A stretch of 64,000 nt of DNA from a bacterium (GCA_030647485.1 JAUSJT010000001.1:76947-140946); one strand, 5' to 3'; positions 50,438 to 59,886 are shown, numbered from the stretch's first letter. Translations and numbers: made by a program. Notes: a model not told the origin generated them from the sequence alone.

Positions 50438-51507
50438 TGTCTATGAAAAGCATACGAGATGCAACGATTGCGGGACTGCGCGTTCTCATGAGGTGTGATT
50501 TTAACGTACCCCTTGATAAAGAGGGTGGCGTTACTGATGATTTTAGGATTCGTTCGACTCTTCCTACTATAGAATACATTCTTGGGAAAAAGGGGAAGTT
50601 GGTGTTGATGACCCATTTGGGAGACCCTGACGGAAAACCAACGAAGGCTCTTTCGGTTGAGAGAATCCGTAAAAAGTTAGCTGAGCTTCTTGACACCCCG
50701 GTTGCAAGTGCGCAAGACTGCGTGGGAAAGACGATTGAGGAATCTACCCGTAGAATGAAGCCAGGAGACGTACTGCTTTTAGAGAACGTACGGTTCCACA
50801 AAGAGGAGGAGGAAAACAACAAGGAATTTGCACAAAAACTTGCTGCTCTAGGGGATATGTATGTGAATGACGCATTCTCGGTATGCCATAGGCCTCATGC
50901 CTCGGTGGTAGGGGTTCCCTTGCTACTCCCTGCATACGCTGGATTTTTCTTGGAACTTGAACTCCAGGGGTTGGAGCGCCTTCTTCTGAATCCTGCCCAC
51001 CCAGTTGTTGCTGTCATAGGCGGGAAGAAAATTGAGAGCAAACTGCCCGTTATTGATCGTATCTCAAAGACGGCAGATGCGGTATTACTTGGGAATATTC
51101 TTGCAAACGAAGCCAAGAGCAAAAAGGTAAAGTTCAAAAACTCGTCCAAGATTTTTATGCCCTTAGACGGGATTCCGGGTCAAGGCAAGGAATTTGATAT
51201 CGGCCCCAAAACCAAGGCGTTGTATGTAAAAATATTGAAAAATGCTAAAACCGTATTCTGGGCAGGTCCCCTGGGCAAATATGAAGATGCAAGATATGAG
51301 GAGGGATCCCTTGCGGTTGCAAAAGCCATTATCAAAAGCAACGCATATTCTATTGCGGGAGGAGGAAACCTTTTGGCATTCTTAGGGAAGCATCGCCTCC
51401 GAGAGAAGTTCTCCCATGTTTCTACCGGAGGAAGCGCAATGCTTGAGTTTCTTTCAGGGAAAAAGCTCCCTGGGTTGGAGGCCTTGAATTATTATGCTGG
51501 AAATTAA
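50437..51507 (+). CDS. pgk: Phosphoglycerate kinase (short form, 356 aa)
   Basis: RCDFNVPLD, LMTHLGDPDG, GGKKIESKLPVI, STGGSAMLEFL. TAATG overlap with the upstream stop. Confidence 0.9.
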   Translation: MSMKSIRDATIAGLRVLMRCDFNVPLDKEGGVTDDFRIRSTLPTIEYILGKKGKLVLMTHLGDPDGKPTKALSVERIRKKLAELLDTPVASAQDCVGKTIEESTRRMKPGDVLLLENVRFHKEEEENNKEFAQKLAALGDMYVNDAFSVCHRPHASVVGVPLLLPAYAGFFLELELQGLERLLLNPAHPVVAVIGGKKIESKLPVIDRISKTADAVLLGNILANEAKSKKVKFKNSSKIFMPLDGIPGQGKEFDIGPKTKALYVKILKNAKTVFWAGPLGKYEDARYEEGSLAVAKAIIKSNAYSIAGGGNLLAFLGKHRLREKFSHVSTGGSAMLEFLSGKKLPGLEALNYYAGN

Positions 51508-52660
51508 AAACCTCAAAAAAGCAGCGCAGAGAATCAAGAAAGCTGTTCAAGACAAAGAACGCATTATTCTCTATGGAGATTCGGATCTTGACGGAGTGTG
51601 TTCAGTTATCATTCTCCAAGAAACTCTTTTGAGTTTGGGCGGCAACATTTGCGCATTATATTTCCCAGACAGAGAACAAGAGGGGTACGGAATTACCAAG
51701 ACAGCCCTTGGGCGCTTGGAGTCTTATGCTCCAGGACTCTTAATTTCCATGGATTTGGGCATAACGAACTTTGAAGAGATACGACAAGCTCGAGCCATGG
51801 GATTTGAGGTTATTCTCGTGGACCATCATGAGATTTTAGATGCTTTGCCCGAGGCCGATATTATCGTAGATCCAAAACAACCGGGAGAAACATATCCCTT
51901 TCACGGATTTGCAGCATGCGGTCTCACTCTGCGTCTGGCGTTAACGCTGCTGGAAAAGAAAGCTTCTTTGGCCTTGATATCTGGCTTGAAAGAACTGGCT
52001 GCTTTGGCTACTGTTGCGGATATGATGCCAAGGAAAGAAGACAATCTCCAGATTATCCAAGAGGGATTATCGTCAATGGGTAGCTCTTGGAGACCTGGCA
52101 TCAAAGCTTTTGAACAATTTGAAGAGTTCAGAAGAATAGAAAGCGTTGAGGTGCGGATTACCCAGATGATTGCTCTCTTAAATGTGCGAGATGTGGAGTA
52201 CGGGATTCCGGCAGCCTACAGGGTGCTAGCTGCCAAGACAGAACAGGAGGCCGTTGAACTGCTGCGTGTTCTCCAGGAAAAGCATAAAATACGCAAAGAT
52301 AACATCCGTCTGTACGCAGAGAGGGTGCGCTCATCTTTAGCCAGGGCGCCCCGGCCTGTTGTGATTTTTGAAGGAGACGAATCTTTTGACTATATTCTTT
52401 TAGGATCTGTCGCCTCCATTATTTCACAGGAGTATAATGTACCCGCTTTCATCTATAAAAAAAAGGAGTTAGAGAGTATAGGAAGTGTGCGAGCCCCGTC
52501 CGGGTATGATACGGTACAAGCAATGAAGGTATGCGCGCCATTACTGTCAACATATGGAGGGCATGCCCAGGCTTCAGGATTTAGGCTGCGAAATGAGAAC
52601 CTAGAAAAGTTCAAAGATTGTCTTGTCGATCATTTTACAAATAACAGTCGAACTATCTGA
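51494..52660 (+). CDS. DHH/DHHA1-family phosphoesterase (RecJ-like/NrnA-like)
   Basis: ILYGDSDLDGVCS (DxD), LVDHHE (DHH), GGHAQASGF (DHHA1 GGH). Confidence 0.8.
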   Translation: MLEIKNLKKAAQRIKKAVQDKERIILYGDSDLDGVCSVIILQETLLSLGGNICALYFPDREQEGYGITKTALGRLESYAPGLLISMDLGITNFEEIRQARAMGFEVILVDHHEILDALPEADIIVDPKQPGETYPFHGFAACGLTLRLALTLLEKKASLALISGLKELAALATVADMMPRKEDNLQIIQEGLSSMGSSWRPGIKAFEQFEEFRRIESVEVRITQMIALLNVRDVEYGIPAAYRVLAAKTEQEAVELLRVLQEKHKIRKDNIRLYAERVRSSLARAPRPVVIFEGDESFDYILLGSVASIISQEYNVPAFIYKKKELESIGSVRAPSGYDTVQAMKVCAPLLSTYGGHAQASGFRLRNENLEKFKDCLVDHFTNNSRTI

Positions 52661-52666
52661 TTTTCT

Positions 52667-53107
52667 ATGCAAAAGTTTATTGTACATACAGACGGGGGTT
52701 CCAGGTCAAACCCGGGGCCCGCTGCCATAGGGGTTGTTATCTCAAACGAAAAAGGGCAGAAGCTCAAGGAATTTGGAGAATATCTTGGGACGGCAACGAA
52801 TAACGAGGCAGAATACAAGGCCGCCATCTTTGCGTTAAAGAAAATCAAAAGCCTGTGGGGCAAGGAGAATGCAAAGAAATCAGAGGTAGATATGTTTGCT
52901 GATTCTGAATTGTTAGTAAGGCAGATGAAAGGGGAGTACAAGATTGAGAACGCAAAAATACAACCCTTGTTCTTGGAGCTGTGGAACCTTCTCATCGATT
53001 TTAAAAAGGTGCGGTTCTCCTCGATTCCCCGGGAACGTAACAAAGAGGCAGATCGTCTGGTGAATGAGTCGCTAGACAGCCAATCAACCAAGAGACAACT
53101 TTTTTAA
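52667..53107 (+). CDS. rnhA: Ribonuclease HI
   Basis: VHTDGGSRSNPGPAAIGVVI, NNEAEYKAAIFALKK, ADSELLVRQMKGEYK, NKEADRLVN: the DEDD catalytic contexts. Confidence 0.88.
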   Translation: MQKFIVHTDGGSRSNPGPAAIGVVISNEKGQKLKEFGEYLGTATNNEAEYKAAIFALKKIKSLWGKENAKKSEVDMFADSELLVRQMKGEYKIENAKIQPLFLELWNLLIDFKKVRFSSIPRERNKEADRLVNESLDSQSTKRQLF

Positions 53108-53133
53108 CATTTATGCAGTCTGCCTGTGAGCTA

Positions 53134-53161
53134 TTGACAACACATATGGATTGTATATAGT
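53134..53161 (+). promoter_or_regulatory. Sigma70-type promoter of the brnTA-like operon
   Basis: TTGACA (53134-53139), 16 nt, TATAGT (53156-53161). ATG at 53170. Confidence 0.6.
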
Positions 53162-53169
53162 AGATGTGT

Positions 53170-53454
53170 ATGAAGTATTTTGACTGGGACTTTCAGAAAG
53201 ATGAGCAGTTAAAGCGGGAAAGAGATATTAGTTTTGAGGATATATTGATAGCAATTGATGGGGGTAACCTTTTAGATGTTATTGAACACCCAAATAAAAA
53301 GAAATATCCTAATCAGGAGTTGTTTGTGGTTGACATAAATGATTATGCGTATCTAGTTCCTTTTGCTGAAGACGAAGAGAAGTACTTCTTAAAAACAATA
53401 TTTCCAAGCAGAAAGATGACTCAAAAATACATAATTAATAAAAAGAAGATATGA
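53170..53454 (+). CDS. brnT: BrnT-like (DUF497) ribonuclease toxin
   Basis: MKYFDWDFQKDEQLKRERDISFEDIL matches the BrnT N-terminal pattern (F.WD..K...N..KHG.SFEE). The toxin-first gene order is as in brnTA. Confidence 0.7.
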   Translation: MKYFDWDFQKDEQLKRERDISFEDILIAIDGGNLLDVIEHPNKKKYPNQELFVVDINDYAYLVPFAEDEEKYFLKTIFPSRKMTQKYIINKKKI

Positions 53455-53714
53455 AATATTTTGAATTAACTAAGGAAGAACAGAAAATCCTGAAAACCGT
53501 TGAAGCAGGAGAATTTAAGTCTGTTCGTAATCTAAAGCAAGCAAAAAAGAACGCTGTGTATGCTGCTAGAAATACTCTAAGCAAGACCCGCAATATCAAC
53601 ATCCGTCTTTCAGACAGAGCCCTGCAAAAAATTAAGGCTTTGGCGGCACAGAAAGGATTGCCCTACCAAACCCTTATTAGCTCATTGCTACATCAGTATT
53701 CTCGTTCAAGTTAA
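53451..53714 (+). CDS. brnA: BrnA-like antitoxin (C-terminal RHH)
   Basis: 4-nt overlap with the toxin gene. INIRLSDRALQKIKALAAQKGLPYQTLISSLLHQY matches the BrnA pattern. Confidence 0.7.
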   Translation: MKYFELTKEEQKILKTVEAGEFKSVRNLKQAKKNAVYAARNTLSKTRNINIRLSDRALQKIKALAAQKGLPYQTLISSLLHQYSRSS

Positions 53715-53725
53715 AAATAGACAGA

Positions 53726-53756
53726 AAAGAAAAAGCCCACGAACCGTGGGTTTTTT
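53726..53756. terminator. Bidirectional intrinsic terminator (brnA on +, rnpB on -)
   Basis: aaaagaaaaagCCCACGaacCGTGGGtttttt: a perfect 6-bp GC-rich stem flanked by an A-run and a T-run. Confidence 0.75.
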
Positions 53757-53759
53757 CTT

Positions 53760-54075
53760 GCCGCAGCAAGCCGATAAGCCGAATTCTGTCGTGGGAGATC
53801 ATCTATCTGTTCCGCAGATTACTCTGCGGAATCAAGCGAGTTACTTTTCACCAAGACTCTACATGAATGCAGATTCCTGGGTTTACTCTTGCGCCCTATA
53901 GGGATTTAGCCGTTTCACTTCCGCCACATTGGCGGACATCGTCACTGTTCGCACCCCGAGGATTGCTCCTGCCGGGCATTACCCGGAATAGTTTATCCCT
54001 CACCATAATTTGGTTCGGGAGGGTGTTCGGACTTTCCTCTCGCCTAAGGCGAGCGATCTCCTAGCTTGCTGCGGC
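53760..54075 (-). ncRNA. rnpB: RNase P RNA, bacterial type A (~316 nt)
   Basis: Minus strand: P1 GCCGCAGCAAGC/GCTTGCTGCGGC, P2 GGAGATC/GATCTCC, P4 strands GAGGAAAGTCCG and ACAGAATTCGGCTTAT. Confidence 0.93.
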
Positions 54076-54139
54076 ATATATATTGTACTGAAGCCATAGA
54101 ACTTTGTCAAATAGAGAAATTCATGTACAATAGAGAATT

Positions 54140-55510
54140 ATGCTTGGCGGATTTCTTAATGGTACAACAAAGACGGTATCAGGGGCGGCCATTATTCTTG
54201 CCTTGTCCTTTCTTTTTAGTAGGATACTGGGTATTGTCCGAGACCGCATGCTCACAGGAACATTTGGAGCAGGGAAAGATTTGGACGCATACATGGCCGC
54301 CTTTCGCATACCGGATTTTCTGTATGCGTTTTTGGTTATTTGGGGGTTGAGCGCGGTGTTTCTGCCCTTGTTTTCTGAATACATGGCGCAAGACAAAGAG
54401 AAGGCATGGCGGTTTGTGAATAATATGATGGGCATGTATGCTTTGTTTTTGGGAGTAGGGTCGCTTTTTGCAGCTCTCTTCATGCGCCAGCTTATTGCTT
54501 TTGTGACGCCCGGGTTTGAAGGCGCCCAGCTTGAAACAGCAGTTTTACTTTCCCGTCTCATGCTTATAGGCCCTCTCTTTTTTGCATTCTCTGCGATTAC
54601 ATCAGGCGTGCTCCAATATTTCCAGAAGTTTGTTGCCTATGCGCTTGCCCCTGTTGTGTATAATCTTTCTATCATTGCAGGAATAGTGTTTTTAGCTCCC
54701 TCTTTTGGGGTGTTTGGAGTTGCCATGGGAGTAGTTATTGGGGCCTTGCTCCATTTTTTTATTCAGGTTCCTACCCTTCTTGCCACAGGATTTTCTTTTC
54801 GCCTAGGTTTTTCTTTTGCTGATCCCCAAGTACGCAAGGCCTTGCTTTTATCTATTCCAAGAACCGTGGCCGGGGTTGCGCACCAGCTTAACATTATCAT
54901 CATGGTGGCGTTCGCCTCTTTTCTTTCCGTTGGCAGCATCACTATATTTACCATTGCAGAGCACATGTACTATTTCCCCGTTGGAGTGATTGGAGTTTCT
55001 CTGGCTACTGCTGCCTTTCCGTTGCTTTCTAAGGCAGGAGCAGCAATGGATATGAAGAGTTTCTCTTTAACGCTTTTTTCATCGCTCTGGCGCGTTACAG
55101 GCGCTGCTCTGCTCGCTGCGCTGTTGCTGTTTCTTTTGCGAGAGCCGCTTTTCCGCATCTTGTATCTTTCCGGAGGGTTTACCACAGAGAATGTTAAACT
55201 TGCCGCGGCTGTTTTTGGGGTGTTTACCCTGGGCATTGTGTTTCAGTCTGTTATTCCCTTGTTGGTGCGAGCATTCTTTGCTCTGCAAAATACTATAGCG
55301 CCAACAGTAGCAAGCGTAAGTTCTGTTTTATTTAATATTGTTTTAGCATACGTATTTTTGCAGCTTGGATGGGGCATTTTTGCCTTGCCCTGGGCGCTGG
55401 TGATATCTGGAGTATTCCAATGCCTATTGCTTTCTTTATTGTTGTTTATTGTTTTGAAACGGAACCATGTCCCGCTTCGCGGGATCTCGCATAGCGAGAC
55501 AAAACCATGA
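54140..55510 (+). CDS. murJ: Lipid II flippase MurJ
   Basis: 456 aa, polytopic. N-terminus SFLFSRILGIVRDRMLTGTFGAGKDLDAYMAAFRIPDFLY is the MurJ/MviN signature. Confidence 0.88.
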   Translation: MLGGFLNGTTKTVSGAAIILALSFLFSRILGIVRDRMLTGTFGAGKDLDAYMAAFRIPDFLYAFLVIWGLSAVFLPLFSEYMAQDKEKAWRFVNNMMGMYALFLGVGSLFAALFMRQLIAFVTPGFEGAQLETAVLLSRLMLIGPLFFAFSAITSGVLQYFQKFVAYALAPVVYNLSIIAGIVFLAPSFGVFGVAMGVVIGALLHFFIQVPTLLATGFSFRLGFSFADPQVRKALLLSIPRTVAGVAHQLNIIIMVAFASFLSVGSITIFTIAEHMYYFPVGVIGVSLATAAFPLLSKAGAAMDMKSFSLTLFSSLWRVTGAALLAALLLFLLREPLFRILYLSGGFTTENVKLAAAVFGVFTLGIVFQSVIPLLVRAFFALQNTIAPTVASVSSVLFNIVLAYVFLQLGWGIFALPWALVISGVFQCLLLSLLLFIVLKRNHVPLRGISHSETKP

Positions 55511-57285
55511 GTAATATTAGAAACTTTTGTATCATAGCTCACATTGACCATGGAAAGTCTACCCTAGCTGACCGGTTTTTGGAACTGACGGGAACCGTGG
55601 AGCGAAGAAAAATGAAAGAGCAGTTTTTAGACCAAATGGATTTGGAGCGTGAAAAGGGCATTACCATTAAAATGCAGCCCGTGCGCATGCGCTACACAAA
55701 AGACGGGCAAGAATACATATTGAACTTAATTGATACTCCGGGGCATGCGGATTTTTCATATGAAGTTTCCAGGTCCTTGGCTGCGGTGGAGGGAGCTATT
55801 TTGCTGGTAGACGCGACCAAGGGGGTACAGGCGCAAACCCTGGCGCATTTGAATCATGCTAAAGCGCAGGGCCTCGCCATCATTCCTTGCATTAACAAGA
55901 TCGATTCTCCTTTGGCAAGAATTGAAGAGGTTGCGAAGGAAATTATGAAATTGCTTTCTATAACCCAGGAAGAGATTTTTCGCATTTCCGCGAAAGAAGG
56001 TATCGGTATTAAGGAAGTGCTTCATGCTGTCATTGATACGGTGCCCGCTCCAAGAGGGGAGGAATCAAAACCGTTTCGCGCGCTTATCTTTGACTCAAGA
56101 TTTGATGCCTTCAAGGGTATTGTTGCGTTTGTGCGAGTGGTGGATGGGTCTTTGTTACCCCATGAGAAAATCTTGCTTCTTGGGACCGATGTGGAAAGTT
56201 TAGTGAAGGAAGTCGGATCTTTTTCTCCCGCAGAGACGCTTGAAGAATCTTTGCATGCAGGAGAAATTGGGTATATTGCGACCGGAATCAAAGAGCCTGC
56301 AAGAGTGAGGATTGGGGACACAATATCTAAGGGAAAGAACGTGGAAATACTCACGGGATTTCAGATTCCAAAGCCCGTGGTATTCGTAAGTTTGTATCCA
56401 CAGGATCCTAATGAATTTGATGCGTTGCAAGACGCTCTTTCTAAGTTGAAGCTTAATGATCCAGCTTTGTCGTATGCGATAGAATCAAAAGAAGCATTGG
56501 GCAGGGGATTTCGGTGTGGGTTTCTTGGGGTATTGCATTCTGAAATCATTTCAGAGCGCATAGAGAGAGAATACAAAATCCAAATGGTTATTTCCCGTCC
56601 TTCTGTAGAATTCTCCATAGTTGCAAACAACGGAAAAGTGCTCTCTGTGAAAGTTCCATCAGATTGGCCAGAACCTAATATGATCAAATCTATGGAGGAA
56701 TCTTGGGCCGAGGTGGAGGTTATCACTCCTGGAACGTTTCTTTCCGCGACCTTGCAGTTTCTCCGAGGATTTGAGGGGAGCAAGTCTGAAGTGGAAGATT
56801 TGGGAGAGGAGAAGTTCCTCCTCCGATATGAGATGCCGCTTCGTGAGCTTATTGGGGACTTTCATGATAAGTTAAAAAGCGTGACGCAGGGTATGGCGTC
56901 TATGGATTACAGAATTTTGGGGATGAGACCGGCTAACTTGGTAAAGCTTGAATTCCGCATTGCAGGAGCTATAGAAGAAGCGCTTTCTATGGTGGTTCCA
57001 GAGTCCCGCGCGTACCAAGAGGGAAAGAAAGTTGTAGAGAAGCTCAAAGAGGTTCTTGGACCACAGCTCTTTGAAGTTGCCCTTCAGGCTACGGTGGGAT
57101 CTAAAATTCTTGCAAGGGAAACAATCAGCGCGAGAAGAAAGGATGTGACAGCTCCTCTATACGGAGGAGACGTGACAAGAAAAAATAAATTACTGGAGAT
57201 TCAGAAGAAAGGCAAGAAAGAGTTAAAAGCAAAAGGGCGGGTTGTGATTCCTACCCGCGTATTCTTGGATTTATTCCGCACGTGA
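55507..57285 (+). CDS. lepA: Translation elongation factor 4 (LepA)
   Basis: 592 aa. IIAHIDHGKSTLADR, DTPGHADF, CINKID and the LepA-specific C-terminal domain. ATGA overlap with murJ. Confidence 0.96.
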   Translation: MSNIRNFCIIAHIDHGKSTLADRFLELTGTVERRKMKEQFLDQMDLEREKGITIKMQPVRMRYTKDGQEYILNLIDTPGHADFSYEVSRSLAAVEGAILLVDATKGVQAQTLAHLNHAKAQGLAIIPCINKIDSPLARIEEVAKEIMKLLSITQEEIFRISAKEGIGIKEVLHAVIDTVPAPRGEESKPFRALIFDSRFDAFKGIVAFVRVVDGSLLPHEKILLLGTDVESLVKEVGSFSPAETLEESLHAGEIGYIATGIKEPARVRIGDTISKGKNVEILTGFQIPKPVVFVSLYPQDPNEFDALQDALSKLKLNDPALSYAIESKEALGRGFRCGFLGVLHSEIISERIEREYKIQMVISRPSVEFSIVANNGKVLSVKVPSDWPEPNMIKSMEESWAEVEVITPGTFLSATLQFLRGFEGSKSEVEDLGEEKFLLRYEMPLRELIGDFHDKLKSVTQGMASMDYRILGMRPANLVKLEFRIAGAIEEALSMVVPESRAYQEGKKVVEKLKEVLGPQLFEVALQATVGSKILARETISARRKDVTAPLYGGDVTRKNKLLEIQKKGKKELKAKGRVVIPTRVFLDLFRT

Positions 57286-57410
57286 TGTCTCCTTGAAAAG
57301 GAAGGAGATTTCCCCTAGAATAGAGGGGCTAAGAGAAAAAGCACGGTGCTTAGAGCTACCATGGATACTACAAGTATCCAGGTGGCGCGCATAACTGTTT
57401 TGAGTTTCAT

Positions 57411-57803
57411 ATGATATCAAGCGTTAGGTTTCGCAAAAAGAAGATAGGCAAGCTGCGAGATACGGTGTTTCTGACTATGCTCTTGGTGCTTGGCTTGGGA
57501 CTAGGAACCTTTCTTGTCTTCCATAATATCAGGATTTACCAGAAAAGGGTAGAGCTGCAGGAGCGTGCAGAGAACCTGAAGGGTCAAATTGCTTCTTTGG
57601 AGGATAGAAGGAATGAGTTAGAATCTGCAATTCAGGTCGGCACCACGCAAGAATACCAAGAGAAAGTACTGCGAGAGCAGGGACTGTACAAAAAGCCAGG
57701 AGAAGAAGTGGTGACTATTCTTCCGCCAGAACAGGTTCAGGAAGAGCAAAAACAGCAGCAGAGGAATAGAGTTTGGTGGAATCCGTTTAGTTGGTTTAAA
57801 TAA
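57411..57803 (+). CDS. Septum formation initiator family protein (FtsB/DivIC-like)
   Basis: Single TM helix, then coiled coil (RVELQERAENLKGQIASLEDRRNELE), then LREQGLYKKPGEEVV. Confidence 0.7.
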   Translation: MISSVRFRKKKIGKLRDTVFLTMLLVLGLGLGTFLVFHNIRIYQKRVELQERAENLKGQIASLEDRRNELESAIQVGTTQEYQEKVLREQGLYKKPGEEVVTILPPEQVQEEQKQQQRNRVWWNPFSWFK

Positions 57804-57836
57804 TTGAATGATTCCTTAGTCTCACTAAGGAAAACT

Positions 57837-57911
57837 GCGGGTGTCGTATAACGGCCATTATGCAACCTTCCCAAGGTTGAGAAGAGGGTTCGACTCCCTT
57901 CACCCGCTCCA
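57837..57911 (+). tRNA. tRNA-Gly (anticodon CCC), CCA encoded
   Basis: Acceptor GCGGGTG/CACCCGC. Anticodon arm CAACC-TTCCCAA-GGTTG. T-loop TTCGACT. 3' TCCA. Confidence 0.9.
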
Positions 57912-57912
57912 G

Positions 57913-57984
57913 GCCGGAGTAGCTCAGTGGTAGAGCAGAGCTTTCGTAAAGCTAAGGTCGCGAGTCCGACTCTCGCCTCCGGCT
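57913..57984 (+). tRNA. tRNA-Thr (anticodon CGT), no encoded CCA
   Basis: Acceptor GCCGGAG/CTCCGGC. D-arm GCTC-AGTGGTA-GAGC. Anticodon loop TTCGTAA. Unusual T-loop TCCGACT. Starts 1 nt after the tRNA-Gly CCA. Confidence 0.85.
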
Positions 57985-58040
57985 CCTATTTCTTCAATCT
58001 TCTGATTTGATTTTTAGGGCAAATCAGATACAATGAAGCT

Positions 58041-59172
58041 ATGATAGGGAACATGGAAGAACAGATTGAAGGCCTCCGCAAGAGAATCACATTGCTGGAG
58101 GACTGCCTTTGACAACGCTCAAAAGAAAGAGCGGATTCTTGAGATTGAGATTGAAGTTTCCAAGCCCGAGTTTTGGAATGATAGAAACAGGGCGCTTAGA
58201 CTAAGCCAGGAATTGTCTGCGTTGAAAGAAGAAAAAGAGTTGTTCGAAAAGATTTTTGCGGAATGGCAAGATCTTTCAGAACTAGCAAAAATATCTTCTT
58301 TGGAAGAAAAAGATCTGCCTCGCCGGCAGGCGGGCCTTTCTGAATTAGAACAGCAGACGGCTATTCTCGCAGAGAAGGTAAAGAATGCAGAGCTTCAGGT
58401 GTTTCTTTCAGAGAAGTATGACAGAGGGAATGCGGTGCTCACTATTACCGCAGGGGCTGGAGGGCAGGATGCGCAAGACTGGGTTGCTCTGCTGTTTCGC
58501 ATGTATGAGAGATACTGCGCAAAGAAGAACTGGAACGTGAAGGTGCTCCATGAGTCGTTTGGAGATCCAGGGCCAGAGGGGCGAATTGGTATAAAACAGG
58601 TCACCTTTGAAGCTGCAGGAACGTATGCGTATGGGTTCTTAAAAAAAGAGAACGGAGTGCATAGATTAGTAAGAATATCTCCCTTTTCTGCCAAGGCCTT
58701 GCGCCATACCTCGTTTGCGGCCCTAGAGGTGCTTCCTAAAATTGACGCAGCCCAAGAGCACATAGAAATACGTCCTGAAGATATACAGGTTGAAATGACG
58801 CGTTCTTCCGGTCCAGGAGGGCAGAACGTGAACAAGCGGGAAACCGCGGTGAGAATGGTGCATATTCCTACTGGCATTGTGGTGGAGTCTCAAACCCAGA
58901 GGTCCCAACAGCAGAACAAAGAGAAGGCATTAGAAATACTTGCCGCAAAACTATATCTTGTGCAGCAGCAAGCCCGTGCGCAAGAATTAGCATCGCTCAA
59001 AGGGAAACAGAGTTCCATTGAATGGGGGAGTCAAATACGTTCGTACGTCTTGGCTCCATATCAGCTGGTGAAAGACCATAGAACCAATGCGGAAACTTCA
59101 AATACCCAGGCCGTACTGAATGGAGAGCTCGATGAATTTATTGAAGCAGAGCTTACTCTGAAGAATGGTTAA
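58041..59172 (+). CDS. prfB: Peptide chain release factor 2, with programmed +1 frameshift
   Basis: Frame 0 reads MIGNMEEQIEGLRKRITLLEDCL then CTT TGA C (58107-58113), preceded by GGAGG. The +1 frame continues to 59172 with the SPF and GGQ (SGPGGQNVNK) motifs. Confidence 0.93.
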
Positions 59173-59199
59173 TTTGTTAACCATTATTATAATATAATA

Positions 59200-59880
59200 A
59201 TGATTAATTTTCAAAAAGTCACAAAAGCATACTCTTCAAGCAGCATCGCTCTTTCCGATGTTTCTTTTGAGGTGAAGCAGGGAGAGTTTGTCTCTTTGGT
59301 GGGAAAATCAGGGGCAGGCAAGACTACGCTCTTAAAGCTTCTACTCGCAGAAGAGCGGCCAACCCAGGGAGCTGTGTTTTTTGAAGAACAGGATGTTGCC
59401 AAAATTCCTCCTTCCCAGCTTCCGCACTTGAGAAGAAAGATAGGGACGGTGTTTCAGGATTACAAGCTATTGCATTCAAAGACCGCGTATGAGAATATTG
59501 CCTATGTGATGGAGGTGATGGGAGCCGCAGACCAAGAGATAGCTCGGGATGTTTCTGGGGTGTTGGAAATCGTAGGATTGCTTTCTCGTAGTCACCATTA
59601 TCCAACACAGCTTTCAGGAGGGGAGAAGCAGAGGGTTGCCATAGCCCGCGCCCTCATACACCGCCCCGAGGTCATAGTTGCAGACGAGCCGACCGGGAAC
59701 CTTGATCCATATCACACCGCAGATATCATTCGCCTTTTAGTGAAAATAAATGAATTGGGGACAACCGTGATTTTGGCAACACACAACAGAGAGGTTATAA
59801 ATCGCCTCGGCAAAAGGGTGATTACCCTAGAAGAGGGGAAGGTTGTGCGAGACGAAGAACGAGGGAAGTTTATCTTATAG
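59200..59880 (+). CDS. ftsE: Cell-division ABC transporter ATPase FtsE
   Basis: GKSGAGKTT Walker [16 protein letters not shown] signature, [12 protein letters not shown] Walker B. Followed by ftsX. Confidence 0.92.
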   Translation: MINFQKVTKAYSSSSIALSDVSFEVKQGEFVSLVGKSGAGKTTLLKLLLAEERPTQGAVFFEEQDVAKIPPSQLPHLRRKIGTVFQDYKLLHSKTAYENIAYVMEVMGAADQEIARDVSGVLEIVGLLSRSHHYPTQLSGGEKQRVAIARALIHRPEVIVADEPTGNLDPYHTADIIRLLVKINELGTTVILATHNREVINRLGKRVITLEEGKVVRDEERGKFIL

Positions 59881-59886
59881 CATTCT

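Noticed and set aside
53867-54350. Two + strand ORFs (65 and 94 aa) between brnA and murJ
   Set aside because: Both overlap the minus-strand RNase P RNA (53760-54075). The second is also out of frame with the real murJ start (54140).
58315-58336. GC-rich mini-palindromes inside ORFs as in-frame insertions of a small repeat element. One is ctgcctcgccggcaggcgggcc in prfB, encoding LPRRQAGL. The other is CCGCCaaaGGCGG plus CAGCCtctGGCTG at 62965-62995, encoding SPPKADQPLAEK.
   Set aside because: They stand out compositionally and resemble hairpin repeats that invade genes in other genomes. Without homologue alignments I cannot show they are insertions rather than native linker sequence, and there are only two dissimilar instances.
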